From an uncultured Bacillales bacterium (GTDB taxonomy: Bacteria; Bacillota_I; Bacilli_A; RF39; UBA660): 64,000 bases of DNA. The stretch covers positions 66,638-130,637 of the forward strand of contig CAMOID010000001.1 of NCBI GenBank assembly GCA_946615975.1, given 5' to 3'. The notes below the pieces were generated by a model. It had not been told where the DNA came from, searched no databases, and saw only the letters and a program-made list of their open reading frames with translations. The translations under genes were made by a program, and so were the position numbers. This document shows, in pieces, positions 10,057 through 20,601 of this stretch. Positions within the stretch are counted from its first letter, which is position 1; each line of letters opens with the position of its first letter.

Positions 10057-11631
10057 ATGGACTATCAAGTTTTATATAGAAAATATAGACCTAGTAATTT
10101 TGATGAATTAATGGGTCAAGATCATATTGTTAGACTACTAAAAAATTCTGTTATTGAAAATAAGTTAGCTCATACTTATTTATTTACAGGACCAAGAGGT
10201 ACAGGTAAAACAAGTAGTGCTAGAATTTTTGCTAAAACTATTAATTGTGAGAATCCTAAAGATGGTATTCCATGTGGAGAATGTGCATCTTGTCAAAACT
10301 TTAATAGTTCTCCTGATATAGTAGAAATAGATGCTGCTTCTAACACTGGTGTAGATAATATAAGAAATATAATAGATGAAGTAATGATTGCTCCTTCATT
10401 TATGAAATATAAAGTATATATTATGGATGAAGTACATATGTTATCTAAAAGTGCATGGAATGCATTTTTAAAAGTGCTAGAAGAACCACCTGAATATGTT
10501 GTTTTCATACTAGCAACAACAGATGTTCAAAATGTTCCAATTACTGTATTATCTAGATGTCAAAGATTAGATTTTAGAAGAATTGATAGAAATAAAATAG
10601 TAGATAATTTAAAGAAAATATGTAAGAACGAAGGTATTAAAGCTACTGATGATGCTTTAGAAGAAATATCTTATTTATCTGATGGTGGTATGAGAGATGC
10701 ATTAAGTATCTTAGATCAATTATCAAAAGCTGCAGATAAAATTGATATTGATGTTATTAAGAATAATTATGGAACTGTAACTGTTGATGAAATTAATGAA
10801 CTTTATAATAATATATTACATAATGATATAGATACTTTAGTTAATAGTTTAAACAATATTAAATTAACTGGAATTGATATAAAAATACTTATCAACAAAA
10901 TGTTAGATTGTTATATAGATAAAGCTGTTGATATGAAAAAGAGAAACTTATCTACACAAGCATTTAATCAAATTAAAAAGCTTATTGAATCATTAAATGA
11001 TATATCTGGTAAATTAAATTATTCTTCTAATGGTTTCTTAATGTTAGAACTAGAACTTATATCATTTATTAATGATGATGAAACAAAATTAAGCTCGAGA
11101 GAAATATCTCAAATTATTTCCCGGGAAATAATTGATAATGAGTGTCAAGTAGATGTAAATCGATTTATTGATAATTCAACACATTATAATATGTGTGATG
11201 AATTTATTAACATAAGAATTAATAATTCATTTGTTAATGCATCTAAAGAATATAAGCAATCTTGTCATGAATTATGGAATAAATTTATAAATGAAATAAA
11301 CAATTTGAAATTGAAAGAGTTTAACTTGTTAGTAGGTAAGACTATGGTTCAAGTTGCGTCTGATAATAATATATTATTAGTTGCTAAAACTGAATCTGTT
11401 AAATTGGTTGGTAATAATAAACTATTTGAAATAGAAAATAAGTTTAATGAGATAAATAAATCAAAATATAAACTTATATTTATTACTGAAAAAGAATGGA
11501 AAGATCTATTAAGTTCTTTTGATAAAGATAAAAAATATAAATTAATGAATGAAGATAAATTTGTTAATGAATCTGCTGATACTGTTTCATTAGCTGAAAG
11601 TTTATTTGATGATAAAATAGAAATTAAATAA
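10057..11631 (+). CDS. dnaX: DNA polymerase III subunit tau/gamma
   Basis: Walker A 'GPRGTGKTS', 'IMDEVHML', sensor 'VLSRCQRLDF'. Extended -10 tgGTATAAT at about 10029. Confidence 0.93.
   Translation: MDYQVLYRKYRPSNFDELMGQDHIVRLLKNSVIENKLAHTYLFTGPRGTGKTSSARIFAKTINCENPKDGIPCGECASCQNFNSSPDIVEIDAASNTGVDNIRNIIDEVMIAPSFMKYKVYIMDEVHMLSKSAWNAFLKVLEEPPEYVVFILATTDVQNVPITVLSRCQRLDFRRIDRNKIVDNLKKICKNEGIKATDDALEEISYLSDGGMRDALSILDQLSKAADKIDIDVIKNNYGTVTVDEINELYNNILHNDIDTLVNSLNNIKLTGIDIKILINKMLDCYIDKAVDMKKRNLSTQAFNQIKKLIESLNDISGKLNYSSNGFLMLELELISFINDDETKLSSREISQIISREIIDNECQVDVNRFIDNSTHYNMCDEFINIRINNSFVNASKEYKQSCHELWNKFINEINNLKLKEFNLLVGKTMVQVASDNNILLVAKTESVKLVGNNKLFEIENKFNEINKSKYKLIFITEKEWKDLLSSFDKDKKYKLMNEDKFVNESADTVSLAESLFDDKIEIK
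11115..11130. other. Noc-binding-site-type palindrome TATTTCCCGGGAAATA inside dnaX
   Basis: Perfect 16-bp palindrome containing the published 14-bp NBS consensus ATTTCCCGGGAAAT. I saw no other CCCGGG in the window. Encodes I-S-R-E-I. Confidence 0.5.
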
Positions 11632-11647
11632 AAGGAGATTAGATATT

Positions 11648-11944
11648 ATGAATATGAATGCTTTAATGCAACAAGCACAAAGAATGCAAAAAGATATGCA
11701 AAAAAAACAAGAAGAAATATATAAATCAGAATATACAGGAACATCTGAATTTGTTGATGTTACTTTAATGGGCGATAAGTCAGTAAAAAAAGTAACTATA
11801 AAAAATAAACAATTAGATTCAGAAGATATCGAAATTTTAGAAGATATGATTGCTATTGCTTTAAATGATGCTATTAGTAAAATTGATAAAGATATTGATT
11901 CTAAAATGGGAATGTATGGTAAACAATTAGGCGGTTTATTCTAA
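11648..11944 (+). CDS. ybaB: Nucleoid-associated protein YbaB/EbfC
   Basis: 98 aa, 'MQQAQRMQKDMQKKQEE' N-terminus; conserved dnaX-ybaB-recR order. Confidence 0.9.
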   Translation: MNMNALMQQAQRMQKDMQKKQEEIYKSEYTGTSEFVDVTLMGDKSVKKVTIKNKQLDSEDIEILEDMIAIALNDAISKIDKDIDSKMGMYGKQLGGLF

Positions 11945-11945
11945 T

Positions 11946-12545
11946 ATGTTATATCCAAAGAGTTTAGAAAATGCTATTAACTCTTTTAAGAAACTTCCAG
12001 GTGTAGGTGAAAAAAGTGCTGAAAGATATGCACTTTCTTTACTTGATTTAGATGAAAAAGAAATAGAAGATTTTTCTAAAAGTGTTAAAGAAGTAAAAGA
12101 AAGTATTAAAACATGTAGTATATGTGGACATTTAACTGATAAAGATGTATGTGATATTTGTTCAGATAAAAATAGAAATGATAATCTTATTTGTGTAGTA
12201 GAAGATTATAAATCAGTTTTTATGTTTGAAAAGACTGGAACATTTAATGGTAAATATCATGTATTAAATGGTTTAATTAGTCCAATAGATGGAGTATATC
12301 CTGAAGATATTAATATTAGTGGTTTAGTTGATAGAATAGGTGAAGATAATAAAGATGCTGAAATAATCATAGCTTTAAAACCTACTATTGAAGGAGAAAC
12401 TACTACTTTATATATTAAAAAGATATTTGAAAAGAAAAATATTAAAGTATCAAGATTATCATATGGTATTCCAATTGGCGTAGATATTGATTATATTGAT
12501 TCTTTAACATTAGATAGAGCATTAGTAGATAGAAAAGAAATATAG
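11946..12545 (+). CDS. recR: Recombination protein RecR
   Basis: HhH 'LPGVGEKSAER', C4 zinc finger 'CSICGHLTDKDVCDIC', Toprim region. Confidence 0.94.
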   Translation: MLYPKSLENAINSFKKLPGVGEKSAERYALSLLDLDEKEIEDFSKSVKEVKESIKTCSICGHLTDKDVCDICSDKNRNDNLICVVEDYKSVFMFEKTGTFNGKYHVLNGLISPIDGVYPEDINISGLVDRIGEDNKDAEIIIALKPTIEGETTTLYIKKIFEKKNIKVSRLSYGIPIGVDIDYIDSLTLDRALVDRKEI

Positions 12546-13490
12546 GTGTTTATGGAAAGTAAAAAAGCAAAGGAAACTATTTTAAAATCATTTCATGAGA
12601 AAAATAATTCCCATGCTTTTTTAATTGAAACAAATAATATAAATGATTGCCTTGCTGATATAGTTGATATAGCTAGACAAATAGAATGTGAAGTAGATGG
12701 AGATGAAAAATGTACTTGTAAGATATGTAATCTTATAAGAAATAATAATAATCCAGATTTACTTGTATTAAGAAGATTAGAAAAAGATGATAAAGAAGAA
12801 GATAAAATTAAAGATATAGATATATCTTCTAAAAGTAAAAAAATAGATACATTAAAGACTGAAATAACAACAAAACAAATTGATAGTTTAGTTAATTTAT
12901 TTAGAACAACTCCTTTGGTTTCTAAATATCAAATATATATTATATTTGAAGCTGATAAATTAAATAGAAATGCTGCTAATAAATTATTAAAATTTCTTGA
13001 AGAACCTAATGCTAATATAATAGGTTTCTTTATAACTGATACATTTGATAAAATGATTTCTACTATTGTATCTAGATGTGAAATATATAATTTTAGATAT
13101 GGAACTGATAATATTTTAAGTTTATTAGATATTACAGATAAAGAATATGAAAAATATTATGATCAAACTATGAAATTAGTTTATGATTTAGAACATTCTA
13201 AATCATATGAATTAATGGTTAATAGTAAGAGTCTTTCTAAAAAAGAAAGAGATGATTTATTATTTATTATTAAGTTATTAAAGAAAATTTATACAATTAA
13301 GTTTGAAAATATTGTATATAATTATTATAATAATTTAGAATTTGCTAATCAGGTATTAGATGCAATTGATATTGATGATGTATCAATTTTATCTAAGAGA
13401 ATATTATTAATTGATGAAATATTATCTGATTTAAGTAAAAATAGTATAAGAGATATGAGTATTAATAAACTATTTATAAAGTGGGTGTAA
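12546..13490 (+). CDS. holB: DNA polymerase III delta' subunit (start GTG 12546 or ATG 12552)
   Basis: Clamp-loader motifs 'ANKLLKFLEEP' and 'IVSRCEIYNF' (SRC); position recR-holB-ricT as in Bacillus. Confidence 0.8.
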   Translation: MFMESKKAKETILKSFHEKNNSHAFLIETNNINDCLADIVDIARQIECEVDGDEKCTCKICNLIRNNNNPDLLVLRRLEKDDKEEDKIKDIDISSKSKKIDTLKTEITTKQIDSLVNLFRTTPLVSKYQIYIIFEADKLNRNAANKLLKFLEEPNANIIGFFITDTFDKMISTIVSRCEIYNFRYGTDNILSLLDITDKEYEKYYDQTMKLVYDLEHSKSYELMVNSKSLSKKERDDLLFIIKLLKKIYTIKFENIVYNYYNNLEFANQVLDAIDIDDVSILSKRILLIDEILSDLSKNSIRDMSINKLFIKWV

Positions 13491-13493
13491 TAT

Positions 13494-14288
13494 ATGAAAG
13501 TATGTGCAATTAAATTTAAAACATCTTCTAAATCATATTTATTTAAATATGATCAACTTGATTTAGTAATAGGTGACTATGTTATTGTTGAAACAGAAAA
13601 AGGAACTCAATATGGTAAAGTAGTTGATATTAATGTTGAAAATACTAAAAATATTAACATTGATAAAATGAAACCTGTTTTAAGAAAAGCTGAACCTAAA
13701 GATGAAAAAGATTATGAAAAAAATTTAAAGCATTCTAAAGAAGCATTAGAATTTGCAAGAAAAAAAGCAGAAGAATTAAATCTTGACATGAGAATTGTAG
13801 ATGCTTCTTATACATTAGATAAAAAACAATTAACATTTAATTTCGTTGCTGATGAGAGAATTGATTTTAGAGATTTAGTTAAAGAATTAGCAGCTAAATT
13901 TAAAACTAGAATTGAATTACACCAAATGGGTGTAAGAGATAAAGCTAAAGAAGTAGGAGGTTTAGGACCTTGTGGTAGAGCTTTATGTTGTGCTGGTTTC
14001 TTAAATGGTGTTGATTCTATTTCAATTAATATGGCTAAGAACCAAAACATAGCTCTTAATCCAACAAAAATAAATGGTTTATGTGGAAGATTATTATGTT
14101 GTTTATCATATGAAGATGATGTTTATACTGACCATAGAAAATGTTTACCTAAGATGGGTGAAATAGTTAAAACATCTGATGGTGAAGGTAAAGTAGTATC
14201 TTTAGATGTATTAAACAAAAAATATTCAGTTAATATAGATGGGGATATTAAAGAATATGACTGTCATGAATACAAAAAGAGAAATTAA
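13494..14288 (+). CDS. ricT: PSP1-domain regulatory iron-sulfur protein RicT (YaaT)
   Basis: PSP1 core with Cys cluster 'GPCGRALCCAGFL...GLCGRLLCCLSYE'. Confidence 0.88.
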   Translation: MKVCAIKFKTSSKSYLFKYDQLDLVIGDYVIVETEKGTQYGKVVDINVENTKNINIDKMKPVLRKAEPKDEKDYEKNLKHSKEALEFARKKAEELNLDMRIVDASYTLDKKQLTFNFVADERIDFRDLVKELAAKFKTRIELHQMGVRDKAKEVGGLGPCGRALCCAGFLNGVDSISINMAKNQNIALNPTKINGLCGRLLCCLSYEDDVYTDHRKCLPKMGEIVKTSDGEGKVVSLDVLNKKYSVNIDGDIKEYDCHEYKKRN

Positions 14289-14979
14289 CGATCTATATGA
14301 TTATGGGTATTATATATACCAAAATCCTGATTATTTTAAATTTTCAATAGACTCAGTTTTACTAGCTGAGTTTGTTTGCGTTCATAAAAAGATAAATAAA
14401 GTACTAGATTTATGTTCTGGTAATGCACCGGTTCCAATGATATTAAATATTAAATATGGTGATAGAGTTGATATAACTGGTGTTGAATTACAAAATGAAA
14501 TATATAGTTTAGGTAAAGATAGTATTGAATATAATAAATTAAATAATATTAAATTTATAAATGATGATGTTAAAAATATACCTAATGTTATAAAAGAAAA
14601 GTTTGATATTGTAACTTGTAATCCTCCATATTTTGAAGTTTCAGGTGACAATATTAATGAAAATGAAGTAAAAGCAATTGCTAGACATGAAATTAAAATT
14701 GATTTAGATGGTATAATTAATGTTGCATCTAAGATGATAGAAAATAAAGGATATTTTTATATGGTACATAGAGCTAATAGATTAGCTGATATCATAAATA
14801 CATTAAATAAATATAGATTTGGTATAAAAAGAATTATTCCTGTATATGATAAACAGGGTGTTGATTGTACTTTTATTTTAATAGAATCTGTTTACAATGG
14901 TAAAAATTATGTTAAAATAGGTAAACCTGTTTATATAAAAGAAAACAGTACTTATAAGAATATATTTGAGGAGGTGTAA
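14239..14979 (+). CDS. SAM-dependent methyltransferase, YabB/TrmN6-like (start uncertain; ATGs at 14257 and 14266 reduce the overlap with ricT)
   Basis: 'VLDLCSGNAPV' SAM motif I and 'VTCNPPYF' N6-adenine methyltransferase motif IV. Confidence 0.8.
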   Translation: MGILKNMTVMNTKREINDLYDYGYYIYQNPDYFKFSIDSVLLAEFVCVHKKINKVLDLCSGNAPVPMILNIKYGDRVDITGVELQNEIYSLGKDSIEYNKLNNIKFINDDVKNIPNVIKEKFDIVTCNPPYFEVSGDNINENEVKAIARHEIKIDLDGIINVASKMIENKGYFYMVHRANRLADIINTLNKYRFGIKRIIPVYDKQGVDCTFILIESVYNGKNYVKIGKPVYIKENSTYKNIFEEV

Positions 14980-14981
14980 GT

Positions 14982-15527
14982 ATGAAGATTATTGTAGGAC
15001 TTGGTAATCCAGGTAAAGAATATGCTAATACTAGACATAATATAGGATGGTATTGTTTAGATAAGTTTTTAGGAGATGTTGATTGGACTAAAAAATTTAA
15101 TTCAGCAATATATGAAACTAATATAAATGGAGAAAAATATATATTTGTTAAACCTTTAACTTATATGAATTTATCTGGAAATGCTGTTGGTGAGATAGTT
15201 AATTTTTATAAATTAGATTATAAAGATGTTTTAGTAATTCAAGATGATTTAGATATGGAATGTGGAAAAGTTAGATTAAAGATTAATTCATCTGCAGGTG
15301 GACATAATGGTATTAAAGATATTATTGCTCATCTTCATACTGAAGCATTTGCTCGTATTAAAATTGGTGTTTCACATGATAGATCAATTGATACTAAAGA
15401 TTATGTTTTAGGTAAATTATCTAAAGAAGAATTAAAACATATAGATGAGAATTTAGATAAAGTATTTAGTATTATTAAAGAATTTGATTACGATAATATT
15501 CAAGATTTAATGAATAAATATAATTAA
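14982..15527 (+). CDS. pth: Peptidyl-tRNA hydrolase
   Basis: 'GLGNPGKEYANTRHNIGW', 'GGHNGIKDI'. Confidence 0.95.
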   Translation: MKIIVGLGNPGKEYANTRHNIGWYCLDKFLGDVDWTKKFNSAIYETNINGEKYIFVKPLTYMNLSGNAVGEIVNFYKLDYKDVLVIQDDLDMECGKVRLKINSSAGGHNGIKDIIAHLHTEAFARIKIGVSHDRSIDTKDYVLGKLSKEELKHIDENLDKVFSIIKEFDYDNIQDLMNKYN

Positions 15528-15536
15528 GGGGTATTT

Positions 15537-18500
15537 ATGGATTTCTTAAATAATATATTTAACTATAAGAGTCATGATACTGTATGTGGATTATCTGATG
15601 AATTAAATATATTATATTATTACAATTATTTTAAAAATTATAATAAAAATGTATTAATTGTCACTAATGCTTTATATGACTCTAATAAAATCTATCAAAG
15701 ATTAAAAACATATACAGACGATGTCTGTCTTTTTCCGATGGATGATTTTTTACCAAGTGTAGCTTTAGCTATATCTCCTGATTTAAAAGTAAAAAGATTA
15801 CAAACATTAGAATTAGTTAAATCTAATAAACCTCATATTGTTGTTACTAATTTAATGGGTTATTTAAGATATTTACCTGGTATAGAAACTTCTAAAAAAT
15901 TAAATGTTAATTTAAATAAAGGTGATTCTATTAATCGTGATAAATTAATAGAATTATTTGAAGAATTCGGATATAAAAGAGATACTTTAGTTACTTCAAC
16001 AGGTGAATATGCTGTAAGAGGTTTTATAATTGATATATTTCCTATTGAAGCTAATCATCCAATTAGAGTTGAATTCTTTGGTGATGAAGTTGATAGTATA
16101 AGAGTATTTGATGAAAATACTCAATTAAGTATAAATGAAATTAATAATACTAATATACTTCCTTTTGAAGAAATTGTTACTAAGAATCATAATAGTTTAT
16201 ATGATTATATGAATCATCCAATGGTATTCTTTATAAATGAATCTCAAATAATAAATGGTATGAATAAAATACTTGAAGATGAAGAAGAATTTAAGAAAGC
16301 AAGATCTTTAGAAAAAGATACTACTTTTATGTATAACTTTGATGATATTAAAGTAAAAGATTTTATTAAAATTGAAACAATTAATAATATTAAAGGTTCT
16401 CAAATGTATAATAGTAGAAATATGTCTAAATTTAATGGAGATTATAATAAGTTTAAAGATTATTGTAATGTTCATAAAAAAGATAGTACTGTTATTGTTT
16501 GTTTAAGTAAACAATCTCAAATTGATAAAATTGCTGAATATATACCTGATTATAGTTTAGATGTTATTCAAGAAGGTAGAATTACTATCATTAATAAGAA
16601 AATAAATGAAGGATTTATTATAGAAAACTATTATGTTATTTCTGAATATGATATTGATGATGTTAAAAGTGTAAGTAATAATTATAATAATACTTATAAA
16701 ATGGGTAGAAAAATTAAAGATTTTTCTGAAATAAAACCTGGTGATTATGTAGTACATATTCAACATGGTATTGGTATATATGGTGGAATAGTTGCACTTG
16801 AAAAAGGTGGATTATTAAGAGATTATATTTTAATTAATTATCAAGGTAATGATAAAGTATATATTCCTGTTGAAAAAATAAATACAATATATAAGTATGT
16901 AGAAAAAGATGGTGTAAAACCTCATATTAATAAATTAAATAGTACTCAATGGGCTAAAACTAAGATGAAAGTCAGATCTAGAATAAAAGATATATCTGAT
17001 GAATTAATTAAATTATATGCTGCTAGAGAAAATATAGAAGGTCCTGTTTTTAATGACTATGATGATGAATTTGAATTTGGTTCTCAATTTGAATTTAATG
17101 AAACAGGAGATCAAATAAAATGTATTAAAGAAATTGATGTTGATTTAAAAAATAAAGTACCAATGGATAGATTACTATGTGGTGATGTAGGATTTGGTAA
17201 AACAGAAGTTGCATTTAGAGGTATGTTTAAAACAGTTATGAATGGTTATCAAGTAGCATATCTATGTCCTACAACTTTATTAAGTAGACAACAATATTTA
17301 AATGCTAAAGATAGATTTAAAGAATATCCTATTAATATTGAATTATTAAACAGATTTACTACAGCTAAAGAAGTAACAAGAATACTTAAAGGTTTAAGTG
17401 ATGGTTCTGTTGATATTGTATTTGGTACACATAAATTATTAAATGATAAAGTTCAATACAAAAATTTAGGTTTATTAATTATCGATGAAGAACAAAGATT
17501 TGGTGTTACTCATAAAGAAAAGATAAAAGAACTTAAAAATGATGTTAATGTTCTTACTTTAAGTGCAACACCTATACCTAGAACATTAAAGATGGCAATG
17601 TCTGGATTAAGAGATTTATCTATTATAGATACTGCACCAGTTAATAGATATCCAGTACAAACTTATGTGTTAGAAGAACAAGATATTATTATTAAAGATG
17701 CTATATATAAAGAATTATCCAGAGATGGACAAGTATTTATTCTTTATAACAAAGTAGAATCTATTCAAGATTATGCTACTAAAATAAAACAATTAGTACC
17801 AGAAGCTAGAATTACTATTGCTCATGGTAAGATGGATAAACATGAATTAGAAGATGTTGTATCTGAATTTATAGATAATAAATATGATATATTAATTTGT
17901 ACTACTATAATAGAAACAGGTATAGATATTCCAAATGTTAATACTTTAATTGTTATTGATTCAGATAATTTTGGATTATCTCAACTATATCAATTAAGAG
18001 GTAGAGTTGGTAGATCTGATAAGATAGCTTATGCTTACTTAATGTATAAACCTTCTAAGGTATTAACTGAAACAGCAGTAAAAAGATTACAATCAATTAA
18101 AGAATTTACTGAATTAGGTTCAGGATATAAAATTGCAATGAGAGATTTATCTATAAGAGGTGCAGGAGATTTATTAGGATCTGAACAAGCAGGATTTGTT
18201 GATTCTGTAGGATTAGAATTATATACTCAAATGGTTCAAGAAGAAATGAATAAATTAAAAGGTATAGAAAATCCAAATCCAGAAGATGAAGCAAGTAATC
18301 CATTAATAGAAGTAGCAAATCATATAGATGATAATTATGTATCTGAAGAATCTCTTAAGATTGAAATTCATAAATTAATTAATGAAATAAAAGATGAAGA
18401 ATCTTTAGAATTAATTAAAAAAGAAATAGAAGATAGATTTGGTAAGATTGATAATAATATGGAAGTATATATGTATGAAGAATGGTTTGAAAAACTTGCT

Positions 18501-18752
18501 GATAAATTAGGTATTAATAGAGTTACTAAAACTGATACTACTATTACAATAGAGCTTCCTGAAGATATATCAAATAAGATAGATGGAGAAAAGTTATTCT
18601 TAATAACTTATAGTATTAATCCTAGATATAAATTAAGTTATAAATTAAAAAAGATTAATATAACTTTACCATTAATTAATTTAGATAAACATTTCATTTA
18701 TTATGAGGTAAAACTGTTAAATGAAGTGATAAATATGGTAAAAGATAAATAA
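15537..18752 (+). CDS. mfd: Transcription-repair coupling factor
   Basis: 1071 aa. CarD/RID region 'GDYVVHIQHGIG', helicase motifs 'LLCGDVGFGKTEVA' and 'IIDEEQRFGV', TRG motif region. Confidence 0.95.
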   Translation: MDFLNNIFNYKSHDTVCGLSDELNILYYYNYFKNYNKNVLIVTNALYDSNKIYQRLKTYTDDVCLFPMDDFLPSVALAISPDLKVKRLQTLELVKSNKPHIVVTNLMGYLRYLPGIETSKKLNVNLNKGDSINRDKLIELFEEFGYKRDTLVTSTGEYAVRGFIIDIFPIEANHPIRVEFFGDEVDSIRVFDENTQLSINEINNTNILPFEEIVTKNHNSLYDYMNHPMVFFINESQIINGMNKILEDEEEFKKARSLEKDTTFMYNFDDIKVKDFIKIETINNIKGSQMYNSRNMSKFNGDYNKFKDYCNVHKKDSTVIVCLSKQSQIDKIAEYIPDYSLDVIQEGRITIINKKINEGFIIENYYVISEYDIDDVKSVSNNYNNTYKMGRKIKDFSEIKPGDYVVHIQHGIGIYGGIVALEKGGLLRDYILINYQGNDKVYIPVEKINTIYKYVEKDGVKPHINKLNSTQWAKTKMKVRSRIKDISDELIKLYAARENIEGPVFNDYDDEFEFGSQFEFNETGDQIKCIKEIDVDLKNKVPMDRLLCGDVGFGKTEVAFRGMFKTVMNGYQVAYLCPTTLLSRQQYLNAKDRFKEYPINIELLNRFTTAKEVTRILKGLSDGSVDIVFGTHKLLNDKVQYKNLGLLIIDEEQRFGVTHKEKIKELKNDVNVLTLSATPIPRTLKMAMSGLRDLSIIDTAPVNRYPVQTYVLEEQDIIIKDAIYKELSRDGQVFILYNKVESIQDYATKIKQLVPEARITIAHGKMDKHELEDVVSEFIDNKYDILICTTIIETGIDIPNVNTLIVIDSDNFGLSQLYQLRGRVGRSDKIAYAYLMYKPSKVLTETAVKRLQSIKEFTELGSGYKIAMRDLSIRGAGDLLGSEQAGFVDSVGLELYTQMVQEEMNKLKGIENPNPEDEASNPLIEVANHIDDNYVSEESLKIEIHKLINEIKDEESLELIKKEIEDRFGKIDNNMEVYMYEEWFEKLADKLGINRVTKTDTTITIELPEDISNKIDGEKLFLITYSINPRYKLSYKLKKINITLPLINLDKHFIYYEVKLLNEVINMVKDK

Positions 18753-18787
18753 TTACTTGAATATAAAATATTCATGTGATATATTAT

Positions 18788-18992
18788 TTTCGTTAAGCAA
18801 TGAAGGAAAGAAGCCAATGATGAAGCTTTATTAGAGAGCCCTGTTAGGTGAAAGTGGGTAAGTGGATAGTTGGTCGAATGGGTCTGGAGTTTAAATCGCA
18901 AATCAGCGTTATCGATTTAAGGTGATTATAAAGTCATGAATTAAGGTGGTACCACGGGTATTAACTCGTCCTTTAATTTATGACTTTTTTAT
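18788..18992 (+). promoter_or_regulatory. T-box leader (Met specifier) controlling metG
   Basis: Stem I 'AGAGAG' and 'GGTGAAAG' elements. Candidate specifier AUG at 18878-18880 followed by a purine. T-box 'AATTAAGGTGGTACCACGG' at 18939-18957. Terminator aagtcatgaattaagg/cctttaatttatgactt plus a T-run. Confidence 0.88.
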
Positions 18993-19013
18993 TTTAGGAA
19001 AGAAGGGTTTTAA

Positions 19014-20561
19014 ATGGAAAAATATTATATTTCTACTGCTATTGCATATGCTTCAGGTAAACCTCATATTGGTAATACATATGAGATTGTATTAGCAGAT
19101 GCTATTGCAAGAAACAAAAGATTAGAAGGTTACGATGTTTATTTACAAACTGGTACAGATGAACATGGTGAAAAGATTGAACAAAAAGCAAAAGCTAAAG
19201 GTATAACTCCTCAACAATATGTTGATGAAGCTACTGGTGAAATTAAACGTATTTGGGATTTAATGAATACTAAATATGATAAATTTGTTAGAACAACTGA
19301 TAAAAAACACGAAGAAATCGTTCAACATATTTTTAAGAAAATGTATGATAAAGGTGATATTTATTTAGATAAATATGAAGGATGGTATTGTGTACCTGAT
19401 GAATCATTCTGGACTGAATCTCAAGTTGTTGAAAATGAAGATGGTGTAATGGTTTGTCCTGATTGTGGTAGACCAGTTGAAAAAAGAAGTGAAGAATCAT
19501 ATTTCTTTAGATTAAGTAAATATCAAAAACAATTAGAAGAATATATTGAATCTCATCCAGATTTCATTCAACCAGAATCTAGAAAGAATGAAATGTTAAA
19601 TAATTTCATCAAACCAGGATTACAAGATTTATGTGTGTCAAGAACTGCATTTACTTGGGGAATACCAGTAGACTTTGATCCTAAACATGTTGTTTATGTT
19701 TGGTTAGATGCATTAACTAACTATATTACTAATATTGGTTATGATGTAGATGGTGGAAATGATGAATTCAAGAAATGGTGGCCTGCTGATCTTCATTTAA
19801 TTGGAAAAGATATTATTAGATTTCATACTATTTATTGGCCTTGTTTCTTAATGAGTTTAGATATTCCAATGCCTAAGAAAGTATTTGGACATCCTTGGTT
19901 AATAATGGCAGATGGTAAGATGTCTAAGTCAGTTGGAAATGTAGTATATGCTGATGATTTAGTAGAAAAATATGGAGTAGATGCAGTTAGATATTATTTC
20001 TTACATGAAATTCCATTTGCTAATGATGGAGTATTTACTGAAGATTTATTAGTTGAAAGAATTAATGGAGATTTAGCTAATATATTAGGAAACTTAGTTA
20101 ATAGAACTATTTCAATGAGTAATAAATATTTTGAAGGAGTTGTTGAATCAACTGGTGTTGAAGATACAATGGATGCTCCATTAAAAGAATTAGTTACTTC
20201 TTTAGGTGATAAAGTTGCTAAACATATGGATGACTTAAGAATTGCTGATGCTATTGATGATGTTTTTGAAGTATTAAGAGCTTCAAATAAATATATCGAT
20301 GAAACTATGCCTTGGGCACTAGCTAAAGAAGAAGATAAACAAGATAGATTAAAAGAAGTTTTATATAATTTAATTGAAAGTATTAGAGTATGTGCTGTAT
20401 ACTTACAAGCATTCTTACCTGAAACTGCAGATAAGATTTTCTATCAAATTAATACAGATATTAAATCATATGAAAGTACTAAAGAATTTGGTAAATATGT
20501 ATCTGGTACTAAAGTAAATAATCCAGAAATATTATTTGCTAGAATTGATACAACTAAATAG
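19014..20561 (+). CDS. metG: Methionyl-tRNA synthetase (short form, no C-terminal tRNA-binding domain)
   Basis: HIGH-type 'GKPHIGNTYE', 'KMSKS', zinc knuckle 'CPDCGRPV'. Confidence 0.95.
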   Translation: MEKYYISTAIAYASGKPHIGNTYEIVLADAIARNKRLEGYDVYLQTGTDEHGEKIEQKAKAKGITPQQYVDEATGEIKRIWDLMNTKYDKFVRTTDKKHEEIVQHIFKKMYDKGDIYLDKYEGWYCVPDESFWTESQVVENEDGVMVCPDCGRPVEKRSEESYFFRLSKYQKQLEEYIESHPDFIQPESRKNEMLNNFIKPGLQDLCVSRTAFTWGIPVDFDPKHVVYVWLDALTNYITNIGYDVDGGNDEFKKWWPADLHLIGKDIIRFHTIYWPCFLMSLDIPMPKKVFGHPWLIMADGKMSKSVGNVVYADDLVEKYGVDAVRYYFLHEIPFANDGVFTEDLLVERINGDLANILGNLVNRTISMSNKYFEGVVESTGVEDTMDAPLKELVTSLGDKVAKHMDDLRIADAIDDVFEVLRASNKYIDETMPWALAKEEDKQDRLKEVLYNLIESIRVCAVYLQAFLPETADKIFYQINTDIKSYESTKEFGKYVSGTKVNNPEILFARIDTTK

Positions 20562-20586
20562 TCGGCATTATTACCGACTATTTTTA
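20559..20586 (+). terminator. Rho-independent terminator of metG
   Basis: Stem tagtcgg/ccgacta followed by a T-run; overlaps the stop codon. Confidence 0.75.
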
Positions 20587-20601
20587 ACGGAGGTAATATA
20601 G

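Noticed and set aside
10933-10943. Possible dnaX -1 frameshift site (ATG AAA AAG) that would produce a gamma subunit
   Set aside because: The heptamer is G-AAA-AAG rather than A-AAA-AAG. I found no downstream stem-loop and no nearby stop in the -1 frame. A programmed frameshift is not supportable.
18701-18901. 66-aa ORF on the - strand
   Set aside because: It overlaps the mfd 3' end and runs antisense through the metG T-box stem I. It has no RBS and its composition is typical of an AT-rich antisense frame.
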